Virus record (IMG/VR): IMGVR_UViG_3300032285_002078
Span: 1-58,411 of that record
Source: a virus
Taxonomy: Duplodnaviria > Caudoviricetes
Strand: one strand, 5' to 3'
Length of the DNA stretch: 58,411 bases
The first letter of the stretch is position 1; every line of letters starts with the position of its first letter. A program made the translations under genes and the position numbers. The notes beneath the pieces were generated by a model that saw only the letters and a list, made by a program, of their open reading frames with translations, did no database searches and was not told the DNA's origin. Shown piece after piece: positions 37,181 to 48,700 of this stretch.

Positions 37181-40100
37181 TTATCTTAGTAAGAAGTAGT
37201 TTAATGCTAAGGGACTACCGTCTATACCCTGTGTAAAGTTAGCTTTGTTACGTATATTTATCTGTGTACCAGCCGTATTACTGATGTTGCTACCAGTAAT
37301 TTGGATAGTTCCAGCAACAAGCGTATTTACGTTGACTGTGCTATTACCGCCACCAATTTGGCTAGCAATATATGTTCTAATAGCCTTTTGTGTTGGCACA
37401 ATAGTATCACTATTTGCACTGAATGTTGCATCAGTACTAAACTGACTAATACTTGTATTTGAGCTACCTAGTGTAACACTACCTAGTTGCAATGTCTGTA
37501 ATCCGCTCAAGTTAAATGCATTGGCATTTAATGTAGCAACACCAGTTGATTGCTGAACAGTGAACAAATTACCCACGTTAAAGTTACCGTCTTGATCGGT
37601 ACTTGTGTAGAATACGCGGCCGCCACCACTTTCTACAGTCTGTTGCGAAGGAGCTTCAGCTTGGCTTGGTGTATTTGGATAATTGGTTGTAGCAATTGTG
37701 CCAGTTCCAATACTCAAAAAGTCATGGCCAGTTAAACGAACTTGGCTGTATAATATTCGCATTGTAATTGCTACACCGTGTACTGGTGCAAGTGAAATGC
37801 TCATATTTGGACTGATTTGTAATGTAGCACTATAGTTACCTGCAGTTCCAGTTTGACTACTAATTGTTACTAACTTATAGTAATTACTATTTCCAGCAAA
37901 TTGTATGTTACTACCTAATGTAGGTATAGCAGTCATACCAGATACATTCATATACTGACTATTTTGATAAATGTCAGCATACCCACTACCACTAATTGTA
38001 GTTGTAGAACTTGTGTAACCAGTACCACGATTAGTAAATGTTGGATTACCTAAAACACCAATACCTGTTCTTACAGTATAAGTAGCAGCCGATGTTGCAT
38101 TTGGATCTCCAAGTGTAATTGTTGGAGGCGTAGCATATCCAGAACCTGGTTCGTAGATCCTAAAGCTACTAATTTGTCCACTTGTAACAACTGCGCGGGC
38201 TTCTGCTCGCGTAAAGTTAGGAATACTCAATGCACTTGTGCTGCCACTTGCAATTACTGCCCATGTAGGAGCTGCACTTGTAATTGTAATACTGCCTGTT
38301 CCGCTTGCATGAGCTGTATCAACTGTCCAAGTTGAGCTTGAACTAAATTGTGTGCCTGTTAAATTACCGGTAATTGTAGTACCAGCAATTACTCCAATAC
38401 CATTTAATACAGCACCATTAATAATACCGCTACCACTTGGTGTGCTTGTAACAGTTAATGTAGTTCCACTAATGCTACCAGTAAAGCTAGTACTTGTGTT
38501 ACCAAATGTCAATGAATTCCATGCTAAATTGCTTAATGTACGCGGAGTCCAGTTAATACCATCTGGGCTACTTGCACCTGCACCTGCACCAGTAACGCTG
38601 GTCCATGAACTACCGCTGTTACTTGTAACACTGGTAATTGGGCTCAATGATGAACTTGTACTAACTTGTATTTGATTAGTAGTTTGATTAATATTTGCAA
38701 TATAATAAGTTGTGCCGCTGGCTATTCCACCAAATGTTCCATTATAAGCTGTTGTTAGTGAGCCTGTAGCAGTGGACAATGTTTGATCTTTACCGCCAAA
38801 CGATGTAGCAATTGCAAGTTGTGTACTGCTTGGAACCGCAGTTACATAATATGTAGAACCAACTGTGTATGTTAATCCAGTAGGTGTACCAGTTGTAGTT
38901 GTTACACCTGTACCTGCATTCAATGATGTACCTAATACAAATGTTGTACTACCATTAGTACTGATAATATAGTAAGTAGTTGGGTTAGCGTAACCAGAAA
39001 TAGTACCAGTACCGCCCAATGTGCCACTAATTGTTACAGTCATACCAACAGTCAATGTTGCTGCTGTACAAGTAAATTGTCCAGCTGGGCCGGCAATTAC
39101 AACGCTAGCCAATGTTTGACTTGTTGGTAAAATTGTACCAAAACTAGTTCCTGCAAAAGTTACCGGGCTACCGACACTGATACTTGCTGTACTCGATACT
39201 GTTACCAAGTTTCTAGTAGCAATTACAGGTGTGCCTGTAGCAACAGATTGTGTAGTACTTAAACTATAGCTTGTACCAGCAACTGCAATAGTACCTGTTG
39301 AAGCAATTGATGTATTAATTGTATAAGTACCTGCGCCGCCTGATCCTGAACCAAAAGCAGTAATCCAACCAGTTAAGTTGTTTAGTGCGATACTTGAATT
39401 TTGATAGCTAACATAATTTAATGTATATGTTAATCCTGTTGGAGTACCAGCTGTAGTTGTTATAGGTGTTGAATACTGGCCGCCATTCCAAGGAGGAGTT
39501 ACGCTTAATTGGAATGTAGTAGAACCGTTTGTACGAGTAATATAATATGTATTACCAGTAGCGTAACCTGTAATAGATCCTGTACCGCCTAGTGTACCTG
39601 TAATAGTTACAGTCATACCAACTGTAAGATTAGAAGCTGTACAAATAAAGTCGCCGCTAACGTCATTAATAATTACACCAGCAAGTGTTCCTGCACTAAC
39701 TGTATATGCTAGTCCTGTAAAACTTGTACCGCCAGAAACTGAAGCTGTAGGGGCCGGGCTTACATAATAAGTACCTGCGCCGCCAGAGCCTGTTCCGTTT
39801 GCAGTAACGTAAGTTCCTGCACTTGTTACGGTTCCGCCAGCGCCTGTCGCAGTTGTTCCACTATCAAATGTACAAATACTTGTTGAACATGCTGTTACTT
39901 TAAATGTACCGTTAAAGTTGCTGTTTGCATTACCAGTAATTGTAATTGCTTGGCCTGTTGCAAAAGGTGCAGTCGATTGGACACTACTGAATGTTACAGT
40001 AGCACTTAATCCGTTTCCAGAAATACTACTAATTGATAAACTTTGTGCAACAAAGCCACCTGGCCAACTTACAACCGTGCCCGGAACAATAGTTCCAACA

Positions 40101-43100
40101 CCAACACCAGATACTGTCATAACAACTGGAGTTGCTGTAATTGTTGTACTTGACACAGTTTGGCTAATATTTACGTACCACTGGCTTGAGCTAGCTGTTG
40201 CAGTTCCGAAGATATTTGCAGAAACATAAGTTCCTCCGGTAACACCAGTTCCGCTTAAAACATAACCTACAACAATACCAGTTCCTGAAGGAGCACTGGT
40301 AACAGTCATAATGCCACCTAAACCAGTGTCTGTAGTACTAACAGGTGCAATACTTGCAGTAAATGTTACTGCTGTACCTGCTGCAATACCTGCAAACCAT
40401 GAACTTGAATTACTGGCACCGATTGAAGGTACTGAACCATTAATGTTAGGGCCGCCAATATACATACCTGCTACAGGAGTACCTACGTTTATGCCTTGTA
40501 GACTTAAATTACCACCAACTATTTGTGCATAGTTGTTAGTGACTACTGTACCACTAATTGCTTGTCCAACTGATACAGTACCAGTAACTGTTCCGCCAAC
40601 AGTTAATGTAGACCCGCTAACGCTTGAACTAGTACTTGTAAAACTATTAGTACCAGTAATAGACAATGGACCGGCAAAGATTGTGCCGCCACTTGTGTAA
40701 CTAGCACTTGCTGTACCTGATGCAGTTAATTGATAACCAGAACTAGATAAACCAATACCTGTGATAGTATAAGAACCATTATAAGCAATTGGTGTAATAC
40801 CTTGTACGCTTACTGTTCCGCCTACCAAGTATGGAACTGGTGGATAGTAAACAAATGTTACTGCCGCACTTGGTGTTCCTGCGGTTGTTACAGAATATGC
40901 ACCTGTAGTATAGCTAATTGTACTTGTTGCGGCTGTACCTGTTACAAATGTTAATGCTGTTCCGCCTGGTGTTAAACCAAGTGTTACACTTGTACTTGCA
41001 GTTACACTTAATACATAATAAATTGTGTTAGCAACGATACCAACACTAGCCAAGTTAGCACCAGTAAAGTATATTGGCATACCAACTGCCAATGGGCTTG
41101 TTGTTGCAAAAGCAAGAGTTGTTGTACCGTTACCTGTTAACGTTTGTGCTGCGATGGTGCTTGGAGTACCAATTCTAAATCTAGTTGCACCGTCTGTGTT
41201 TAAGATGAAATAGTAATTACCAGATGAATAGCTAGTGATAGAGCCTGCGGCAAACGTACCAGAGATTTGAATCAATCTGTCTGTTGAAATAAGATACGGT
41301 GAACTATTAACTGTAATCCAACCTGCTGTATCTTGAATAACTGCACCGCTTAAATTCACGGATGGCTGTGCGTAAGTAAATGTTACTACAGAACCTGTAC
41401 CAGAAGCTGTAACAATCGCCAAATTGTTTGCTGACTGTATTGACGTGGCATTAACTCCAGATACAACCATACCTGTTGCAACTGTTCCTTGGCTAACTGT
41501 TCCTGGTGTTAGTACACCTGATGCAACACCAATTACGCTGTTGCTTAATTTAGCTACAGATGTTGTTGTTGCTGTAGCAGTTGTTGAGCCGCTATTAGTT
41601 GTTAGAACCCAAGTTTGTCCGGTTGCCATACCAGCGGTACTACTTAAAGTAATTTGATTACTGCCTGTATAAGCTGCTGTTGCGGTTGGAGTTAAGTAAG
41701 CTGCTGTTGCAAGGAATGTACCTTGTCCGTATGCAATATTTTTCCAAGCATAGCTGTAAGGTAAAACTGTGTTTGGAGTTGTCCAAGTAATACCGTCAGT
41801 TGAATAAGCTGTTGCTGTGCCGCCTTGTGCAACTGCAACAAAACGTCCGTTACCCCATGCAATGCTTGTCCAATATGCACTTTGCGGCAATGAACCCGCT
41901 GTCCAAGCTGCACCATCTGTTGAATATGCAGTAGCTAAACTTGAAGTAGTTCCGCCAGTAATTGCTACAAATCGTCCTGGGCCAGTACCGTATGCAATTG
42001 CTACATAGTTGCCATTAGTAACTGCACCACCGTTACTCCATGTTGTTCCGTTAGCACTATAGGCTGTCACAGTACCGTTACCAATTGCAACAAAACGGCT
42101 GTTACCATAAGCAACACTAGTCCATGTACCAGACTGTAAACTAGTCATAGCAGTCCAGCTTGTTCCGTTAGTGCTATAATATGCAACAGTTGTTGCGGTT
42201 GAACCTGCAACAGTTACATAATATGTTGTTGAGCTAATTGATCCAGATGCAACACTAACATATGCACTTGCTGAACTTAATCCAGTCATAGCTGTCCAGT
42301 TTGCACCATCTACGCTATATGCACTATTGCCCCCTGTTGTGGAAACTGCCACAAAACGACCATTAGCATATGTTGAGCTTGACCAAGTTGTACTTGCTGG
42401 CATTGTACGACTTGTAGTTGCAAAACTTGGGCTAGTAAATGTTACTCTTGGCTCAATGCTATAAGTTGTAGTTGAATCTAATGTTGAACTAATTGCTGTT
42501 CCAACAACAACGTGGTCCCAGCCTGCTGCATTTACAATCATTGTGCTTGCTGTTACATCCGATAATCCGCTACCAATTACGCCGCCGCCTGCGGATGTAC
42601 CAACTGAGAATTGAGTTGCACTTGTAATAGCTTGAATGTAATAAACTGTACCAGTGCTGAATCCTCCAATTGCTGTACCCGTAAAAATGATTGGCTGATT
42701 TACATATAAAGTTAGTGTACTAGCTACTGTGACTAGTGCGCCAGATGCTGTAACTGCACTAGCAGTTAATGCTACAAAACTTTCTTTAGCAACATATGCT
42801 TGTTTTGATCCTGAACTGTAGTATGCAATATATCCAAACTGTCCTACACCTAGACCTGATGTAATTAACATTCTCATACCAAGATATGCTGCACTGACCG
42901 CAGTATCTGAACCAGCAATAATAATGCTATTAGTAGTACCACTTTGTGCTGTATTTGTTGCTGTTACATAGCCTGCGCCAGTAGTCAACATTCTATTTTC
43001 AAATACAGCATTATCGCGTACTTCGTCGCCTACCGCGGTGGCATTGATACCGTTTGCACTGTTAAATGTAAACGTTGTACCTGAATTAGGATATGCATTA

Positions 43101-45703
43101 CCAGCATTACTATATTCTAATCTGTAGATATTTGCACCGCTAGTAAATGTGTTTCCAACTTGTGCCTGTGCCGCACGATTGTTTACTGTGGCAGTAATTG
43201 GAGTTTCTGTGCTATTTACATATTCAGAAACACTTCCGTACTTACCGTAAGAATTATTTCCGTTTGTAGCACGGATCTTGCCGCCGTTTTCTGCAAGATA
43301 ACCAATATGTGCATAGTAAGTAAACACAGAAACTAATTCTGCTCTTCCTTGGTTGGTAATCCAAGCACCAATACCGTTGTCAATAACTTGTGTAAAGTCA
43401 TTGGCAACAATAGATTTATTTCCGCCATCGTGCAAGCTACCGTCTACTTTTAAACCAATGGCCGCAGAACCAAATGTTGTAACGTTCTGTATATACGGAC
43501 TACGTTTTGTAATCCATACGCTGGCATCACTTGTGCCAGTACCTGGATCTAAACTGATGTATGCACCAGCTGTAGGTCGTTGTGTACCATAGCTGTTTGC
43601 TGTTCCTAATGTACCGCTTAATCCTTGTAGTGTACAGTTACGCAAACCAGAACCGTTTCTCATGTAAAACATGTTGTTAGTTGTATAACCTGTTGTTGGC
43701 TGGATTACTGTTGAACGTAATTCGTCGCCAACAATTGCGCAGTTTTCTGGAACACTAATTGGTAGCACTTCTGAGTATGTACCAGATTTAACATAAATTG
43801 TACTAGAGTAACCAGTTGTTGGCAATGGAATTCCAGCTGTACTAACTGCTGTTAATGCATTAATAACAATATCAAACAATGCGCCAGCGGCAGTTGTTGC
43901 ACCTGCTTCAGAAGTATAAGATACGTTAATTACTTGGCTAACTGCTGGTGAATAGCTAGTTAATGTTTGGTAGTTAGTACCTGGAGCGGTATTTGTCAAT
44001 GCATTGGTAACAATATTTGTTTTTAATTTTTGCAACAATGCAATAATATAAGGCATTGCTGATGTAGTGGCTGCATTAACAAATGTAGTAGAAGTAGCAA
44101 AATATGCTTTTGTTGCAGCTACAGTGTTAGCATTACTGCCGCTACGCAAGTCTTGGGTAATTGCATCAAGAATAATTCTTGAATCGCGTAATGTTTTTGT
44201 GCCGTCGTATACAGAACTTGGGCTGAACGGAGAAATACTATTTGTTTTAGCATACTCGCCATACTGATACATTTCACGAACAGCCCAATTAATATTTGCA
44301 TTAAACAAAAATATAGCATTAGGAAATAATGTCCCTGCGGCTACTTGAGAACAAGCATAAGCAATACTTGCCCAAGGTTTGTCTAATGTTTTACCTTGAT
44401 CAGTTGCTGTTGTGTCTGTTCCGCCAGTTGCAACATAATACACATTATTAATGTTACCAAACGTATTCCAATATAAATTAGTACCAGTAACAGTTAGTAC
44501 TTGTCCGTCTGTACCAATGGGTAATCTTGCAGGGCCAGCACCACTATAATACAACATATCGCCTTGTGTTGTTAATACTGCGGTTTCAGAGCCAGCCGCT
44601 AACAAGTTCCAATATGTACCTGTTAAATCAACGTCTGGTCTATTTGTTGCATTAGCGGCAGTATGAGCTAAAATACAAACATAGCTGTTTACACCATATT
44701 TGACTGTGTCGCCTGATTTGTATGCTGTAGCATTTGTCCAAGTACCTTGCCATTTATACCCTGGGTTTAATAATTCCCAGTATGTTCCATTAGGTGGTTC
44801 ATTATTTGTATGATCTAATTTTGATAGGTATGTATAGCCGTTTAAACGAACTACATCGCCAACTTTGTAAGCTGTTGCTCCAGACCAGTTACCTGTAAAA
44901 TTAAATCCTGTACTTAAAACAGTCCAATAAGATGTAGCAGTGCTCGGAGTTTGATTTGTATGATTTTGTAATGCTACATAACTATAACCGCCGTATGTAA
45001 CAACATCACCTTGCTGATAAGTTGTTGAGCTAGACCAAGTACTTTCAAATTGTAAACCTTCTACAAAAATACTCCACTTGGTGTTATCAAATGTGCCAGC
45101 AGATGTGTGATAAGTTGTACAAATCCATAAATCGGCACCATACTTAACAACGTCATTTAATTTATAACGAGTAGTTCCTGCCCAGTCTGTTTTGTAATCA
45201 AAACTTCTGTTAACTAGGTCCCATGATCCTGTATCAGCTTCTAATCCGTTTGCAGTTGATTGGCTTGTGTGTGCGGCATTACAAATATAAACAGATGCAC
45301 CGTACTTAACTACATCGCCAACTTTGTATGCTGTAGTTTGTGCCCAAGAACCAATCCAATTGAAGGCACTAGCAAATAATGTCCACTTGCCTTGGTCTGC
45401 TTCTAAAGTAGATTGACTTGTATGGCCGTTATTACAAATATAAACGCGGCCGCCATATTTTACAAGATCATTCACGCTGTAATATGTTGTGCCGGCCCAG
45501 TTACCTTTCCAAGATTGTCCGTCAGCTGTAATATTCCACTTACTTGCTAAATCAGTGTAAAAATCTGCCGAGCTTGTATGCCCTGTGGTACAAATATATA
45601 CTTTACCACTAACTCTAACTACGTCATCTTTTACGTATGCGGTAGTTCCTGCCCAGACACCTTTCCAGACAAATCTAATTCTACCTAGTTTAAACTCTGC
45701 CAT
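37181..45703 (-). CDS. Giant multidomain tail fibre/adhesin (2840 aa)
   Basis: About 8 N-terminal W....Y..GDVV.YG...Y repeats (CBM5/12-like), YYVA..G.D...KP and IVGDELRS (beta-helix entry), W..IAYG.GRFVA propeller blades and many Thr/Gly modules; TAAATA at 45730-45735. Confidence 0.8.
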   Translation of the reverse strand: MAEFKLGRIRFVWKGVWAGTTAYVKDDVVRVSGKVYICTTGHTSSADFYTDLASKWNITADGQSWKGNWAGTTYYSVNDLVKYGGRVYICNNGHTSQSTLEADQGKWTLFASAFNWIGSWAQTTAYKVGDVVKYGASVYICNAAHTSQSTANGLEADTGSWDLVNRSFDYKTDWAGTTRYKLNDVVKYGADLWICTTYHTSAGTFDNTKWSIFVEGLQFESTWSSSTTYQQGDVVTYGGYSYVALQNHTNQTPSTATSYWTVLSTGFNFTGNWSGATAYKVGDVVRLNGYTYLSKLDHTNNEPPNGTYWELLNPGYKWQGTWTNATAYKSGDTVKYGVNSYVCILAHTAANATNRPDVDLTGTYWNLLAAGSETAVLTTQGDMLYYSGAGPARLPIGTDGQVLTVTGTNLYWNTFGNINNVYYVATGGTDTTATDQGKTLDKPWASIAYACSQVAAGTLFPNAIFLFNANINWAVREMYQYGEYAKTNSISPFSPSSVYDGTKTLRDSRIILDAITQDLRSGSNANTVAATKAYFATSTTFVNAATTSAMPYIIALLQKLKTNIVTNALTNTAPGTNYQTLTSYSPAVSQVINVSYTSEAGATTAAGALFDIVINALTAVSTAGIPLPTTGYSSTIYVKSGTYSEVLPISVPENCAIVGDELRSTVIQPTTGYTTNNMFYMRNGSGLRNCTLQGLSGTLGTANSYGTQRPTAGAYISLDPGTGTSDASVWITKRSPYIQNVTTFGSAAIGLKVDGSLHDGGNKSIVANDFTQVIDNGIGAWITNQGRAELVSVFTYYAHIGYLAENGGKIRATNGNNSYGKYGSVSEYVNSTETPITATVNNRAAQAQVGNTFTSGANIYRLEYSNAGNAYPNSGTTFTFNSANGINATAVGDEVRDNAVFENRMLTTGAGYVTATNTAQSGTTNSIIIAGSDTAVSAAYLGMRMLITSGLGVGQFGYIAYYSSGSKQAYVAKESFVALTASAVTASGALVTVASTLTLYVNQPIIFTGTAIGGFSTGTVYYIQAITSATQFSVGTSAGGGVIGSGLSDVTASTMIVNAAGWDHVVVGTAISSTLDSTTTYSIEPRVTFTSPSFATTSRTMPASTTWSSSTYANGRFVAVSTTGGNSAYSVDGANWTAMTGLSSASAYVSVASGSISSTTYYVTVAGSTATTVAYYSTNGTSWTAMTSLQSGTWTSVAYGNSRFVAIGNGTVTAYSANGTTWSNGGAVTNGNYVAIAYGTGPGRFVAITGGTTSSLATAYSTDGAAWTAGSLPQSAYWTSIAWGNGRFVAVAQGGTATAYSTDGITWTTPNTVLPYSYAWKNIAYGQGTFLATAAYLTPTATAAYTGSNQITLSSTAGMATGQTWVLTTNSGSTTATATTTSVAKLSNSVIGVASGVLTPGTVSQGTVATGMVVSGVNATSIQSANNLAIVTASGTGSVVTFTYAQPSVNLSGAVIQDTAGWITVNSSPYLISTDRLIQISGTFAAGSITSYSSGNYYFILNTDGATRFRIGTPSTIAAQTLTGNGTTTLAFATTSPLAVGMPIYFTGANLASVGIVANTIYYVLSVTASTSVTLGLTPGGTALTFVTGTAATSTISYTTGAYSVTTAGTPSAAVTFVYYPPVPYLVGGTVSVQGITPIAYNGSYTITGIGLSSSGYQLTASGTASASYTSGGTIFAGPLSITGTNSFTSTSSSVSGSTLTVGGTVTGTVSVGQAISGTVVTNNYAQIVGGNLSLQGINVGTPVAGMYIGGPNINGSVPSIGASNSSSWFAGIAAGTAVTFTASIAPVSTTDTGLGGIMTVTSAPSGTGIVVGYVLSGTGVTGGTYVSANIFGTATASSSQWYVNISQTVSSTTITATPVVMTVSGVGVGTIVPGTVVSWPGGFVAQSLSISSISGNGLSATVTFSSVQSTAPFATGQAITITGNANSNFNGTFKVTACSTSICTFDSGTTATGAGGTVTSAGTYVTANGTGSGGAGTYYVSPAPTASVSGGTSFTGLAYTVSAGTLAGVIINDVSGDFICTASNLTVGMTVTITGTLGGTGSITGYATGNTYYITRTNGSTTFQLSVTPPWNGGQYSTPITTTAGTPTGLTYTLNYVSYQNSSIALNNLTGWITAFGSGSGGAGTYTINTSIASTGTIAVAGTSYSLSTTQSVATGTPVIATRNLVTVSSTASISVGSPVTFAGTSFGTILPTSQTLASVVIAGPAGQFTCTAATLTVGMTVTISGTLGGTGTISGYANPTTYYIISTNGSTTFVLGTSLNAGTGVTTTTGTPTGLTYTVGSTYYVTAVPSSTQLAIATSFGGKDQTLSTATGSLTTAYNGTFGGIASGTTYYIANINQTTNQIQVSTSSSLSPITSVTSNSGSSWTSVTGAGAGASSPDGINWTPRTLSNLAWNSLTFGNTSTSFTGSISGTTLTVTSTPSGSGIINGAVLNGIGVIAGTTITGNLTGTQFSSSSTWTVDTAHASGTGSITITSAAPTWAVIASGSTSALSIPNFTRAEARAVVTSGQISSFRIYEPGSGYATPPTITLGDPNATSAATYTVRTGIGVLGNPTFTNRGTGYTSSTTTISGSGYADIYQNSQYMNVSGMTAIPTLGSNIQFAGNSNYYKLVTISSQTGTAGNYSATLQISPNMSISLAPVHGVAITMRILYSQVRLTGHDFLSIGTGTIATTNYPNTPSQAEAPSQQTVESGGGRVFYTSTDQDGNFNVGNLFTVQQSTGVATLNANAFNLSGLQTLQLGSVTLGSSNTSISQFSTDATFSANSDTIVPTQKAIRTYIASQIGGGNSTVNVNTLVAGTIQITGSNISNTAGTQINIRNKANFTQGIDGSPLALNYFLLR

Positions 45704-45747
45704 ATTCTACTCCAGATTTAAGTTTTAAATATTTATCAATATACATT

Positions 45748-48700
45748 TTACTGTGCTCCACTTGATACAAAGAACGCAGTTGCTAACATACTTCCGTCAA
45801 TTCCACCTGTAAAATTAACTTTATTTTTAAAATTAATACTAGTACCAAGTGTATTTGTTATTTGATTTGTTGTTGCAATTTTAATTTGTCCCGCTGTTAT
45901 TTCATTGACATTTAAGTTTGCACCGCCGCCACCAATTCTACTAGCAATATATGATTTAATTGCTTTTTGTGTCACTAATACATTGTCGCTATTTGCAGGC
46001 AATGTCGCATCTGTACTAATTTCTGTAATGGTTGCACTTGTACCTCCAAGAACAATACCACCTAGTGTTAATTGAGAAAGTCCGTTTAGCTGGAAGAAAC
46101 TAGCATTAAGTGTTGCTGTTCCGCTAGCTTGTTCAACTTTGAATAAACTTCCAACCCGGAAGTTACCATCTTGGTCTGTAGCTGTATAGAATACGCGGCC
46201 TCCACCACTTTCTACGGCAAGATTCTGTGGTTTAATTGCTGTAACATCTATACTAGGATAGTTTGTGGCCGCTGCATTACCTGTGCCAATTTCTAAAAAG
46301 TCATGACCTGTTAATCGAGTCTGACTGTAATTAGTTCTAATGGTTACAGTCTGTCCTTGTGGAGGTGCTTCTGCTAATGGGATTGCCGGGTACACGTTGA
46401 ATTTTGCAGAATAAGGACCTGTTCCTGTAATATTGCTAGTTGATACTAATCGATAATTAGCAGTACTACTAGGGAAATTTACGTTAGCGCCTGGGCCTGG
46501 AACTGATGCTAATCCACTAACATATAAGTATGAACCATATTGATAGATATCTGCATATCCTGTTCCAGATAAAATAGTAGCCGATGCTGTCAGATAGCCA
46601 GTACCTCGATTACTAAATGTAGGAGTAGCTAGCACTCCGTCTCCTATTCGAACCTGGTATGTTACACCAGATCCGTTTGGATCTCCAATCACAAATGTTG
46701 GAGCAGATATATATCCAGCTCCTGGTTCAAAAACTCTAAATTTAGCAATTCGACCAGAAGCAATAACAGCTCGCGCCTGGGCCCTAGTTCCTGAAACTGG
46801 AGCACTAAAAGTAATTCTTGGTTCAATACTGTATTGACTTGTTGTATCAAGATCTACTATAGCATTAACACTTTGCATTGCGTCCCAGCCTGATGTTCCG
46901 TCGCTTTCTTTTAAAATAGTAGCTAATTTACTAGAAGAATTATAGGCACTGATATACCCGTATTGTCCAGATCCTTTTCCAGAAATAATTATAATTCTCA
47001 TTCCAAGATAATTGCTAGAACTATTAGTGTCGCCGGCTGCTAGATAAATTGTACCAGCAGACCCGCTTCCAGATTGTGCATTATTAACTACATTTAAGTA
47101 GCCGCCGCCGCCGTAGCTTCCTGAATTAGTAGGGTCTGTTAGTCTAACTTCGTAAACTCCACCATTACGTATATTTGCAGAACTTGTTGCAGCATTTAGT
47201 CCTGATCCGGTAAATGAAAATGTAGTTGAGCTATTATAACTAATACCTGCATTATCGTATTCAAATCCTAGTATTTTACTGCCGTCAGTAAATACAAATC
47301 CAATTACAGCATTTGTACCGCCATTGTTCACAGTTCCTGTAATTGGAGATTCTGTTGCCAATGTTCCTTCAGCTACTGAACCGTAATCTCCATAACTGTT
47401 GTTTCCATCTGTTGCACGAATTTTGCCACCATTCTCTGCTAGATAACCAATATGGCAGTAGTATGTAAATACTGAAACTAGTTCTGATTTTCCGCCGTTT
47501 GAAACCCATATGCCAATTCCATCACTGATAACTTGTGTAAAGTCATTGGCAACAATACTTTTATTTCCGGCGCCGTGCAAGTTACCGTCAATTTTCATTC
47601 CTATACATCCTGTTCCTAGTGTAGTAACATTCTGTATGTACGGGCTACGGTATACAATTTGGGCAGCGGCATCTGTTAATCCTGTTGGATCTAAACTGAT
47701 GTATGCGCCTGCTGTTGGACGTTTAGTACCGTATGTGTTTGCCGTACCGAGTGTTCCGTATAATCCTTGCAAAGTCATATTTCTAATAGCTGAACCATCT
47801 CGGACATAAAACATATTAGAGGTTACAAATCCTGAAGTAGGCTGCACAATTGTGCTTCGTAACTCATCGCCAACTAATGCTACATTTGCAGGAACAGTGA
47901 TTGGAAGTTCTTCTGAGTACACACCAGATTTAACGTATAGTGTTGCAGTTCCAGTAATACTATTACATGCATACTTGATTGTTTTAAATGGTTTATCTAA
48001 AGTTGTACCATAGCCTACAGCATCTGTTCCTGATGGTGCAACATAATAAACTTTTGTTCTGACGCCCCATAATCCCCATGCTGGACTATTGCCTGAAACT
48101 TTCATTACTTGACCATCAGTTCCTGCTGGTAAACGAGTTTTAGCACCAGAATTGTAGTAGACCATATCTGCCGGACTAGTCATTACGTTAGTTGTTGTAC
48201 CTTGTACTAAAATAGTCCAGTAAGTACCACTAGTACCTCCGCCAATATCTGCATCTGGTCTATTGCCGCTTGTTGCTCCGTGTGCTAACAAGCATTGAAA
48301 TGTACTAGGACCGTAGCCAACAATATCTCCTAGCTTATAAGTTGTTGCAGTAACCCAAGGGCCTTGCCATTTTGATCCTTGATTTACAACTTTCCAGTAA
48401 CTTGCATTTGGTGGTTCTTGTAATGTATTATCAGCAGTTGCTACATACAAGTAACCATTTAATCTAACAACATCTCCAACTTTGTATGATGTTGGCGTTA
48501 TTCCTCCAACCCAGTCGCCTGCAAAATTATAATTTGCTACAACAACAGACCAGTAACTTGCATTGTTAAATGGAGTTTGATTTGAATTATTTTGTTCTGC
48601 ACGATATGCGTATCCGCCGTAAGATACAACATCGCCGCGCTGATAAGTTGTTAAGTTACTCCAAGTAGCAGATTCAATTTGTAAACCATCTAGATATACT

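Noticed and set aside
38211-42425. Intein or intron explaining the large in-frame insert
   Set aside because: No intein splice-junction motifs or LAGLIDADG domain seen; the insert is made of fibre-type modules and has no stop codons.
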